DNA of 63,765 bases, filler included, from Octopus bimaculoides (Eukaryota), in the NCBI RefSeq assembly GCF_001194135.2. It is 4 parts of 4 records of this genome, joined end to end, with 100 filler letters (N's around TTAATTAATTAA, not from the genome) between each part and the next. Parts side by side here need not be neighbours in the genome. Positions count along the whole stretch, not along the records: positions 20,820 to 48,510 come from NC_068983.1; positions 48,611 to 55,466 come from NC_068981.1; 2 more parts are not named here. One strand, written 5' to 3'. The position numbers were made by a program, and so were the translations under genes. The stretch's first letter is position 1. Each line of letters starts with the position of its first letter. Shown here one piece after another: positions 38,661 through 50,386 of this stretch. The notes under the pieces were generated by a model. The model did not search any database, was not told the origin of the DNA, and saw only the letters and a list, made by a program, of their open reading frames with translations.

Positions 38661-40649
38661 ATGAGTAGCGTTAGGATTCGAAAACAAATTTCAATCATGA
38701 CGTGTGGTATAAGTGCTTTTGATGGATAGAATAACTATATTGAATCAATAGTAAAATCAACCTGGGACGTATTCCAACTAGCTTTTCATTTCTTACTATT
38801 TTTTCTGAATTATGTATATTAATTTGTGTATAGATTTTCGCAATGACTGTCTGGTTAACTTTCTGAACATTAGTTGTTTTTTCAAAAGTACGAGAATCTA
38901 ATATCTTCAAACTTCGAAATTATAAGAAAATGCTGGAACAGATCTGCTAACATGACTATTTGTGTGTGATTGCAGAATGAGTATTTTTGTGTGACAGAAA
39001 AAAAAAACGAAAGTAATAGAAATAGAGTTTATTTGAGCATATTTGATTTCAGAAAATCTTATAAAAGTTTAACAATTGGTAATGTATATTGCGCTTAATG
39101 AAAACATTGAAACTTGTGGCATATATAGAATATTATATAGTTATATAGTTTACTGCTTTGCTGTTTGTTGTTACGATAGAAAGTTCAATATGGTCATTAA
39201 ACTGACTCACCTCCAACAGTCAATAACGTAATAGATATTGTGCTGTTGTTTTTTTAATGTTTTCTAATAAGAACAGAACAAGATATCACAGAAATTAAAC
39301 ATACGCTATGGCGCTGGAAGACTAATGTTCTAATATTATATACTTACATGAAGTTGAATGTGAAGATAAATTTTACGCCAAAGTAAACCAATCTAATGAT
39401 GTGTGGTAGTGGTGAGTTCAATAGGGAAAGTTAATAAAAACCTTGTGTTATGAAACAACGAGGAAAATGTGTAATTTTATTAGTTTTCTTATAACCTCAG
39501 GTGTAAAAGGAAGACGAAATAAATAACAGCTCGCTTGAACATTTAGTTTTTCGGTAGATGAAATTAAAACAGCGGAAGAGCCCACTGTGACTAAATATAC
39601 ATAACCGATTACATACATGCGTGACTGCTGACATATTGCAATTTACAGCTTCAAGGTGTACACAAGACAACTTCACGGCTGTCGACATATTGAGGTTTTC
39701 GGCTTCAAAGTGTGCACAAAACAGTAAAATAAGATAAGAACTCGTATTTCTATCACTTTTATCTCTTTTACTCTTTAGCTTTATTTTCAATTTTGTTTTT
39801 ACAACAACCCTCCAATGGCTGATTCTTCTGAAAATAGATACGGCACAGAATGGTAGTTTTATATTCCAATAACATGTTTTTCTATTTATTTCTCATGGAT
39901 TATTTTGCTTTTTTTTTTTTCTAAATGACTTTTCTTTTCATCAGTATATATTTTTTCGCTTTCCTACAAGAAATATTATATGGTGTCGCGCATAAGTTAT
40001 ATATTTGGTCAAATCCTCGAACAAAAGTAATAATTAATGACTACACTATATCACCATCATGATCATCGTCATGAAAGTTGTCATCACATCAAGAAGATTT
40101 GATTCGTTATCGTCTGTTCTTCATTATCATTATTTTTCATCACCGTCGTCATCATCATCATCATCTTTTTAGCATCAACAATGACAACGCTACTGATTAT
40201 GGACTTGTTTTCGGTATCTCAAAACTGATGTTGTTGTATTCAGTACAAATGCTTTTGCCTATTCTGCAGCTGCTTAGTTATTTTAAAGTTTTTCATTACA
40301 CCATTAGACATCATCAGTAGACTCGGTAAATTGGTAAATAAATAATTAATGTTAGAATGCTTTGTTTTATTGTCCACAAGGGCTTGCACGTTGGCAGCAG
40401 TATTAATGCGAAATACTGCAGTAGAAAGAAGGGGAGAATGGTGTATTTACATAGCAAAGAATGCAAATGAGATAAATATAATTGCAATCATTATTAAAGA
40501 GCAAATGTAAATATTAATAAATACCAATAACAGTTTGAATATCCAAATAACAGATTTAAGCGTTGGTAAATGGTTGCCAACTACAAAGATTTATTCGAAG
40601 TAGCTGACACTCCAAAATTCAAAAGTTCAGTGCACCCAATCCTTGATGA

Positions 40650-41280
40650 GATATTATAGTCACACAAATTTCTGCATTTATTCAACTTTCATAAGTTTGC
40701 GGAAGGTCAGCATATTTCATTTCACATTCCTATCTCTCTACAAGTTGTATGCATTGACATTGGCAAGTAAGAAAAAACGTGTTTACAAACACTTCAACCG
40801 CGTTCACCACAAAACTTTATCCGCCATAGCTGTTAAGTAGATGAAAACTACCAATTCTTCCTTGCTAAAGGAAGGTCATGGGAAAGCAATAACGTATAGT
40901 CGAGAGTCAAATCCGTTCCACAAATCAATGAATGAGTGCGTGCAAGACAGTTTCAATATTTTACATGCATCTTTGACAGCAATTTCTCTTGGGTATAAAA
41001 CCATTAGCATCCGCATAATGAATTTATACTAAAGGAGTTGGTATTCAGTAACTAAATCATTCCTATAACAATGCCACATTAGGGACATTGTCAGTAATCA
41101 TGGATCTGAAATTGCTCGCCAGGTAACTACTCAAATCGCCCCTGTCGGTACAAAGAATGGTTCCACGGTTTTCTTAGCACATATTTGCCACTAGCACACA
41201 ATAAACAGCGATGTTTCACGTTTCTTCACTACATTGTCAAACAGATAGGGGAAAGTAGGCACATGAACATATTTCACGTA
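40650..41280 (-). mobile_element. L1/Tx1-like ORF2 C-terminal relic (zf-RVT region)
   Basis: Minus frames SLMWHCYRND (41056-41085) and CQRCM*NIETVLHALIH* (40925-40981) resemble SLAWQCYR...CPRC...ETVLHALV.C. Confidence 0.55.
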
Positions 41281-41379
41281 ATAATAATGATTTCATTTAT
41301 TTGCCACCAGGGCGAAGGATGTGGGGACAATACAAAGAGACACATAAAGTAATAGTGATAATAACATTTATCCCTTCTA

Positions 41380-41495
41380 CAATAGGCACAAGGCATGAAA
41401 TCTGTCGGAGGGAAACAATATATTACATCGACCCCATTGTTCAACTGGTACTTATCGATCCTGAAAGAATTAAAGGCAAAGTCGACCTCAGCAAA
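41380..41495 (-). mobile_element. SINE family A, 3' half
   Basis: attacatcgaccccattgttcaactggtacttatcgatcctgaaagaattaaaggcaaagtcgacctc. Confidence 0.75.
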
Positions 41496-41513
41496 ATATT
41501 AACAATAATAATG

Positions 41514-41586
<73 letters not shown>

Positions 41587-41595
41587 TAATAATGA

Positions 41596-42140
41596 AACCC
41601 AAGTCAGTTGCCTCGTTGATACGGTGTTTACCTTCAGTGTTGATACCAGACAGGAGTTCGGACTGAGAAAGTGCAGTGTGTGTTAGACTTGAAGGGAGGC
41701 AAAATCAAATGTATGGACGGGCTAACGATACGGTCGGAGGAAGTTATGAAGCAGATAGAAGAGACGGGCTATAAGTACTTGGAGATTTTGGAAATGGATA
41801 AATTGATGGAAAAAGGAATGACAGAAAAATTTAAGGTAGAGTACTTATGCAGACTGAGACTGATCCTCAATTCGAAATTAAACGGACGGAATAAGATGAA
41901 GCTATCAACACCTGGGCGGTTTCACTTCTTAGATAGGGTGCAGGGGTAATCACATGGACAGTAAACGAACTAAACAACTTAGAAAGAAGGATAAGGAAGT
42001 TGGTAACTAGATACAGGTCAGTCCACCCACAAAAGTGACACAGACAGACTGTATGTACCAAGAACAAGAGGGGGAAGAGGACTTATTGGATGCGAACACA
42101 GCATTATAGCAGAAGAAAATAATATAGCATGGTATTTAAA
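41596..42140 (+). mobile_element. R4/Dong-type reverse transcriptase fragment (RT C-terminus/thumb)
   Basis: FGLRKC..LDLKGGKI...GYKYLEILE...EYLCRLRLILNSKLNGRNK, then (frameshifts) INTWAVSLLR.GAGVITWTVNEL...DTDRLYVPRTRGGRGLIGCE; follows a (TAA)n tract. Confidence 0.9.
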
Positions 42141-42345
42141 CATTCCACATAACAGCTATTATTACAAGTAAGAACTTACTAGATCGATAAACCGAAATTT
42201 ATATTACTAAAAAATTTAAAAATAATAACTTAAATTGATTTTAGTCATTCTTTTTCTCTTTTCATATATACCTAACTACCAAGGATCACAAGCACATTTT
42301 CCAGCACACACACACAAACACACACACACACACACACACACACAA

Positions 42346-43380
42346 TAATGAGTACATACATATATACGTACATGTCTGTACATACCTACATCTACCTGTA
42401 TATATAGATGCATATCTGGGTACAGGAAGTTGCAAACAAAACGTAGACAAAAAATACTAAACGGAGTACAGAAAACACACAGGCCACATAGAGAACATTT
42501 CCTTCATCAGCTGCCACCATTCTAACACTGGCGTTTCGACGAGTTAGAGCAGGACGCATCGTTAAAATGGCTCTTCCCACGGACCACAAATTAAATTTGT
42601 ACCATGGAGGAATGTAGTGGCGGACAGAAAACAAGACAGGAAAACAAACAAGAAAGGCTACACGGCCAGACGTGAAAGAATATGTGTATAATGAACGCTG
42701 TGAAACAACGAACTGGAGGGAAGCGGGACGAAGCATGTTCGTATGCGTGCTTGGCGATAGCCAAGGAAGAAAGGACATAGGGCTGGACACAAGTGACCAG
42801 CGAGGGGTAAGGAAAATAGTGGTAGAGGTAGAAAAATGGGGAGGAAGTAGAGACTAGGTGAGCAACGAGAGACATGGCAGAAGAGAGAGATATATTAGTA
42901 ACAGAAGTAAGAACGAGAGGGGGAAAGAGAGAGATATAGTAGTAACAGAAGGAAGAACGAGATGGGGAAAAGATACAACGATAGATAGAGTCGCGTCAGA
43001 AAATATAAAGTTCAAAACTTACTTGCAGGGATGATGCGTGCGTTGGATCATGTAATACAAATAATAATGAGTATATACATATATACGTACATGTATGTAC
43101 ATACCTACATATACCTGTATATATAGATGCATATCCGGGTATAGGACGTTGCAAACAAAACGTAGACAAAAATATATATATGGGGCTGGCGAGATTGGAG
43201 CAATCTCGAGTATAACCAGCCGAAATTGCAAGGATAATCTGGAACTCGACTGAAGAAAGGAAACTCCGAATGACCCGTCCTTTTCTGTCTATCGTCTGAA
43301 TGGATGTTTTGCGTACTTGTCCCATTTTTGTATTGTTTACATATAAAAATACAGCGGTGTACCTACACTTTGGTCTCTTA
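42346..43380. mobile_element. Penelope-like terminal-repeat (pLTR-like) cluster with a ~110-bp direct repeat
   Basis: 42346-42455 and 43065-43172 are near-identical (aatgagta.atacatatatacgtacatgt...gatgcatatc.gggta.agga.gttgcaaacaaaacgtagacaaaaa). Decayed CTGA(T/A)GAAGG motifs occur on the minus strand at ~42500 and the plus strand at 43250. Confidence 0.45.
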
Positions 43381-43393
43381 TATATATATATAT

Positions 43394-43434
<41 letters not shown>

Positions 43435-43634
43435 AAATATATGTGTGTATGTATGTATGTATGTATGTATGTATGTATGTACGTATGTATGTATGTATAT
43501 ATATATATATATATATATATCTGTAAAAATATGTGACACTTATTCAGTAGCCTCCTCTATTTGCATAATATCGAGGTCTCTTTCTTTCTTCTGTTGCTAT
43601 TCCTGCTATATATATATCAGTGGCGTCTCTGGCA

Positions 43635-44073
43635 GTCGGGCTGTTTGGGATAAGCCCGAGTATGAATTTAGTAAAGTGAACGTGTATTTGTAAGCTAGAT
43701 TTTTATTTCTACCAACACTGACGTCAAATGTGTAATTGCAGCCAATAACTCGGACTCGTTTTATGAAGCCTGGTCGCAGTTCATTTATTTTCGTTCAGCG
43801 TCTGGTTGTCGTCTCAGAGGTGCACTGTGTCAAGAAATATCATTCGTAGCAGACGTTCTCTCGACATAGTTCACAGGCACCTGACTCAGGTTCAGAAGTT
43901 ACAGCCCGAGTTGTTATCTATAATCGTATCAATTAAAAGTAATTCTTCTTCAGATTTGTTCGTGACACAATAAATTTCGATGGAGATTAGGATTTAAATT
44001 CCAGTCAATGACAGGTTTCCATTGTACAATATTCTTGAAGGAATGAGCTCGGGCTAATATGAATACAGCCGAC
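43635..44073. mobile_element. Possible MITE with imperfect ~35-bp terminal inverted repeats
   Basis: Left gtcgggctgtttgggataagcccgag versus right reverse complement gtcggctgtattcatattagcccgag. Confidence 0.4.
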
Positions 44074-44331
44074 AGTCAGATCGTTGAAGTTTGTTGTGCA
44101 CACGGCTGTCGCTATTTCTCCTAAAGACGGAGAAAAGCATAGTGCTAGATATAACAAAAAATAACCGACTTGGGGTTAGAAATTAAGCGGGAAAACGTGA
44201 AATTCTTCGAGTAGTCATGTGTGATGCGAACTGTGTGATGATCCCAAGTGAACGCTGATGACCTGCAGTCACCTCTTATATATATATATATATTTATATG
44301 TGTGTGTGTGTATGTGTGTGTGTATGGGGGG

Positions 44332-44536
44332 GTGTTTCTGTGTCCCCCAACATCGCTTGGCAACCGATGGTAGTGTGTTTAGGTCCCCGTAACTTAGCGG
44401 TTCGGCAAGAGGGACCGATAGAATAAGTACTAGGCATCCAAAGAATAAGTTCTGGGGTCGATTTTCTCGAATAAAGGCGGTTCTCCAGCATGGCCGCAGT
44501 GAAATGACTGGAACAAGTAAAAGAGTAAAAAAGAGT
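44332..44536 (+). mobile_element. SINE family B tail module
   Basis: ccccgtaacttagcggttcggcaag...gatagaataagtactagg...ggggtcgat...ctccagcatggccgcagt. Confidence 0.8.
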
Positions 44537-44544
44537 AATGGGAG

Positions 44545-44590
<46 letters not shown>

Positions 44591-44744
44591 NNNNNNNNNN
44601 NNNNNNNNNNNNNNNNNNNNNNNNNNNNNNNNNNNNNNNNNNNNNNNNNNNNNNNNNNNNNNNNNNNNNNNNNNNNNNNNNNNNNNNNNNNNNNNNNNNN
44701 NNNNNNNNNNNNNNNNNNNNNNNNNNNNNNNNNNNNNNNNNNNN

Positions 44745-44788
<44 letters not shown>

Positions 44789-44879
44789 CTTGTAAAGTAT
44801 GACGTCGCATGTGGTGCTGCTTGTAATCCCACACCACATCTAAAATTTTTGTTAGGGTTAAGTTAATTGAGGTTGTTAA

Positions 44880-45832
44880 TTCGTGCAAAATGATGGAAAT
44901 CTGGAAATAGAAATACATCTGCGAATTCAAAGGGCAGCACAAGCATTTGGTTGCTTGGAATCACGTGTTGGCACCAGCGATATATAAATAACAATACAAA
45001 GTTGGATCAAATCATTTGTTTTACCATCCCTGTTGTATTCTTGTGAAACATAGACATGATATGAAAGCTATTCTAAATTGTTAGAAAATTTCACCAAAAA
45101 TGCCCTCATCACATTTTAAACATTAAATAACGTTTTTTGGCTCCAAACACAGATGTCTTTGCATCTGCAGGCATCACCTCATTAAAGCTATGATTTTGAG
45201 AAACCAAATATGATGTGGCCATATTGTTCGAGTTGTGGATGAACTCATGCCCAAACGGCTGTTTTATAGGGAGCTTGCAGAGGGGAGACGCTATCGGCGT
45301 AAACCTAAAAAAAGGTTTAAGGATAGCATAAGGACTACGATGAAGTCACTTGGAATGGATCTAGAGGACATAGAAACCCTTGCTTCGGTTGGAGCTGGAT
45401 GGCATGCAAAAGTGTGGAGTGGTGTGAAATAGTTTAAAGAGGCCAGGATAACGCATGCAATACTCTAGAGAGATTTAAGGAAGAATGTTACGATCGAGAG
45501 GGTGAATCACAATGACTTTTTTGTGGGCAGAGTTTGTGACAGACCATGCCTTTCTTTTCCTGGGCTCAAATATCAGTTGCGAACCCATGGAAAACAAACC
45601 TCTGCCAACTATTCTGCCTATATATCTGTGCACACTTTTCAATGCAAAGTATGCCAGAAGATTTGTAAATCTAACAGACGCCTCAAAAGACATTTTAAGA
45701 TCTATAAAGATCACGACTTATCTGCAGCGCTTGGTGGCAAATCGGGTATGCAATTTATGTGGGTCTCTTTTCAAAACATTGTCTGGTTTAAAGAACCACA
45801 TCAGATGCCATGATTGTTCTATGGTATAGGTA
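44880..45832 (+). mobile_element. RTE-clade LINE 3' fragment with C-terminal C2H2 zinc fingers
   Basis: EIEIHLRIQRAAQAFGCL...VLPSLLYSCET...GHIVRVVDELMPKRLFYRELAEGRRYRRKPKKRFKD is the RTE C-terminus. It is followed by VCDRPCLSFPGLKYQLRTH, CKVCQKICKSNRRLKRHFKI and (after a frameshift) CNLCGSLFKTLSGLKNHIRCH. Confidence 0.85.
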
Positions 45833-45865
45833 CAGGTGGTGGTCAAACTCACCATAAGGAATAAG

Positions 45866-45905
<40 letters not shown>

Positions 45906-48079
45906 GCACATACATACATATATATGCATATGTATATGTATGTATATGTATATGTATATATGTATATATATACGTATGTATGTATATACGTGTATATATA
46001 TGCGTATGGGTACGTCTTTGTTTTGCCCTGTGTGTGCGTGAGTGTGTGTATGTATGAATGTATGTAATCGATAGGCAATAAGAATAAAACCATAAGACTG
46101 TGACTATTTTATCGTTATTAGTCGCCATAATCATGTAAGAAATACTTTAACGAAATTTCTTAGATATGAGTGATCATATTGTTTTAATGATAATTAATAC
46201 CATATTGCTGTCTGACCTACAACATTGTAATTCCTGCTTCATCTTCATTTTACATTATCGCATATGCTTCATTAGACATGAAAAATTTCGTCACTATAGA
46301 ATGTTGTTATCAGTAATTGGCTATTGAATTTATTTCAGAACAGGGACATTGTATGATTTATGATCGCACGGTTTATTTTCTTGGGTCTATCGTGCCTTAT
46401 ACGAAAATATGAGTGGATTTTGGTAAACGCTGGCTAAAGACTTTATATCTATTGAGATTGGTGTAAGCATCTACAAACAAAATTCGCCTTAACCTGAATA
46501 TGTCATACCTCCCCACCGCAAAATCTGTATTAATACAGAAATCAAGACCCAAATAATATATGATTTCCTGGCGTGAAAATTTGCATTACTTGATGTACAA
46601 TCATATGATACCCTACGAGTAAATGTAGTTGATTGATCTGATAGATATAGCAGTCCAATCTTTGTTAAATCAGATGCTATGGTATTAAAATTGAATGCAA
46701 TAAATAATATTGTCTATTGTGTACCATACATAATAGAGAAGATAGAATGATCATGTGTGCGATCTATTAATTTATAAGTCTACGTGCTTATGTAATCTGG
46801 ACCAAGAAGCAGCAATTCTTTGAGCATACAATTTGAAATTAAATATTTCTTCCTCGCTGTATGATTTTCAAAAATTCATGGTTTACCGTTAATTACGTAA
46901 GTGCAAACTTAATATAATATACATTCTTTATTTCGACAAGTGCTGTATTTCCCTTTTGAATCAAGATGAAATATGTTACTATAACTCATTGTTGCGAAAA
47001 ATATTTTCACGTATTTTGTAGTATGCTAAATGCTATATTCAAGTGTTTCAGTCATCTTGGAACAGGATTCCATATTACCCAGTACGACTTGGTTATAGAA
47101 AATGTATATTTATCGTATAAATACATGTGCTAATCTCCAAAACGTTTTCTACATACGTTTCCAAAGGAGATACATTTTACGAAATTTTCTTGTATATTGT
47201 CCATACAAAAGATTTTAAGAACTAATTGCTCGAAAATAAAACGGGAGCCCCAACAACCGATCGGGAGATGTATTATAGTGAGTAATTCATAAATATATTT
47301 TTGAGACTTTAGAAGGCATTTTCTCACATTAAAGAATAGTGAGGCAAATTGCATGTGGCATGTCACGCATAAAAAATATCTTCTGTTGCAACTTTAGTTC
47401 ACACGCTCTGGTGTTGACACATTAGTACATGTTACTTTACTGATATGACACCTCACAAATATTTCAGTTTTCTCACTGCTACAATGTTCAAGAATGAAAA
47501 TATGCAAATACGAAACTCAAGTTCAAAAGTATCGCCAATGTAAAATTCCTCTGTGCAATGAACTTAATTAATGTATGTTGAATATCAATAAACTACTTCA
47601 CCTAAGGAATTGAACTTATATTTTCAGAATAGTTTATAAGATATAAAAAAACTGACTTAATCAACAACTTCCGTTATAGCTTTGAATGTTGCATCCAAAT
47701 GTCCATATTCAAAATATATCTCTAGCGAGTCTGTGCCAACAAAGGCTTGCTGTATGGATAAAGTCAAGATATGGGATTACGTAATAACAATAGAAACCTA
47801 TGTTTGAAAACAACGTAAAATCATGAATTCGGCAAATCCATTACGTTCTGTGTGATTTGACGCTGCTTAGACTTTAAGTAGCAATAAATTACCACGAAAA
47901 CAAAATATAACTACGCATTACTTTTGCTTATATTTGAATAATATTTACAAGGTATATATGTTAAGTGATGTCAAAATCAATGAACTACTCAAGAAAGTAC
48001 TCAAAGCTACTTACCTTATTGAAAGCGCTTGGCAGCTAAATTGGTAGCGTTTTAGATAATATTTTGAACTGTATATGAA

Positions 48080-48400
48080 CATAAATATCCACATAAATTG
48101 TATATGAGCATAACATTTGTGGTGGATGAAATTTCTCACCATGCTGAAGTAGTGAAAAATGAATCAAAAATAGTATACTGTCCATCGGTGAAACCAGCTG
48201 TATAGTTTATGTAGAAATATGACGCCATTCAAGAACTTGCTAACTATCAGCCATACAAAATGGCTGATAGTTAGCAAGGTGAGACACACATAAGAAAGAA
48301 GGAAACAAAGGACCACTGATGAGGTCACAGAAGTGTGACGAAAGAACTCTGGCCGAAATAAGATTAAGATTAATGTAATATAAAGCTGAAGCAAATTAAC
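48080..48400 (+). mobile_element. Possible Penelope-like element 3' end
   Basis: Weak EHNICGG..F / KNES resemblance to a PLE endonuclease C-terminus, followed by a minimal hammerhead motif of the kind PLEs carry. Confidence 0.35.
48310..48354 (+). ncRNA. Minimal type I hammerhead ribozyme motif
   Basis: ggacca-CTGATGA-g-GTCACA gaag TGTGAC-GAAA-g aa c-TC-tggcc: intact core boxes, perfect 6-bp stem II, 2-bp stem III, CUC cleavage triplet, and stem I with one bulge. Confidence 0.6.
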
Positions 48401-48659
48401 ACCAAATATACAGTGCGTGTGTTTTTATTGGCTAAACTGGCAATATGACCATCCCCAAGTACAACAACATCTGTTTCAACACACGATTTCACATCAAAAA
48501 TCTTGCAAAANNNNNNNNNNNNNNNNNNNNNNNNNNNNNNNNNNNNNNNNNNNNTTAATTAATTAANNNNNNNNNNNNNNNNNNNNNNNNNNNNNNNNNN
48601 NNNNNNNNNNCATATATATAGATAGATACATAGATAGACAGACAGCCAGCCAGCCAGTC

Positions 48660-48762
<103 letters not shown>

Positions 48763-49584
48763 CATTGCCAGAACGCTTCTGTGAAAACCCTGTAAAACGC
48801 AACAGACCGAACGTAATTATGTTGGACAGAGAAAAGAAAAGCTTTGCTGCACAGTTGAAGAAATCACTTGTCCGCCAGATGTTTAACTTAATGTTAAAGA
48901 TAAAAGACAAAGAAAGCTTCTATGGCAACCAATGAAAGCAAAAATATGCAAGTTATTACAACGGAATTATAATTTTAAATTTCTACACGTGATTACTGGA
49001 ATATTTAGTGATGTAACGCTGCCTCTGCGTTAGGTCTTGAGGTGGAATGACGGCTTCAGAGAATCAGAAAGGACACAAGTAATTATAATTTATAATTACA
49101 AGGCAATAATGGAATTGTAATAGCATGAAAACAGATTCCATAAGTGTTGCTTTGTAGTATGTGTACGAAGACACATGTTCAGAGAAAAATGAACTTCTGT
49201 GTGTGTTTGCGTATGTATATATGTGTGTATATGTGTATGTAAGTATGTATGCATGTTTGTATGGAGGTATATATTTATGTATGTATTTATGAATGCATGT
49301 ATATATGTATTTTTGTATGAGATCATGTATGTATGTATGTATGTATGTATTTTTGTATGTAAGTATGTATATATGTATGCATGAATGAATATATGTGTGT
49401 ATGCAAATATATTAGTGAAAACATAAATTCACACAGTGTCATGCGAGTATGCAAAATGTTGAATGTATATATATACATATATATACGTATATATATATAT
49501 ATATATATATATACGTATATATATATACATATATGTGTGTGGTGGGGGTTGTGTGTGTGTATATTCACTCACATTTACACATAC

Positions 49585-49615
<31 letters not shown>

Positions 49616-50386
49616 CATACATAACTGGTTCTGTATTCCATCCTAAACATATGAAGAACATGGAAAGTGCTCCAGGAAACATCACCAACACCATCACCAC
49701 CACCACCACCACCACCACCACCACCACCACCACCACCACCAGCGCCACCACTACCACCGACGTCGCCGCCACCACTACCAACGCCGTAGCTACGTAAATT
49801 CCGTGAGTCAGGCATGTTAAACACATCCACATACAAATACGGAATGCGTAAAACGCACCCACATGCCAGTGAAGTATATACACTCGTACACAGAAATGGA
49901 CGTGAGAAGCGCAAACATTTGTATATTAAAGTAAAACGAATATGCACCAGACAAATTTATTCGTGAGCACAAACACGCATAGAAGGATACACATTACAAG
50001 CAAGTAAATGTATGTATATATGTACTTGTATGTATACGTGTATATCTACTTTCATATATACATTGCATATCGACAACTACTTTGAAACCTTCGGCTCCTA
50101 TATCCAGATTATAAATTCACATTTATACTTACAATAGTTCGTGCACTTGGTTTTGTGAGTAAATGCTTAACTTATAATCTGGGTAAGTTACAGTGTTCAG
50201 AAAAAACAAATCGACCAACTAATTCACATATTACAAATACAATCTGTAAGCGGAACAGTAAAAGTATGCAAGACTTTTCTCAAGTTCAAAATCTGAATTT
50301 ATTTTTATAATCTACATTATTTACAACCGCGAGACTTTGTATCTTCGTCAGGAAGATTTCAAATAGTTAAAAATAAAAGGGAACAC

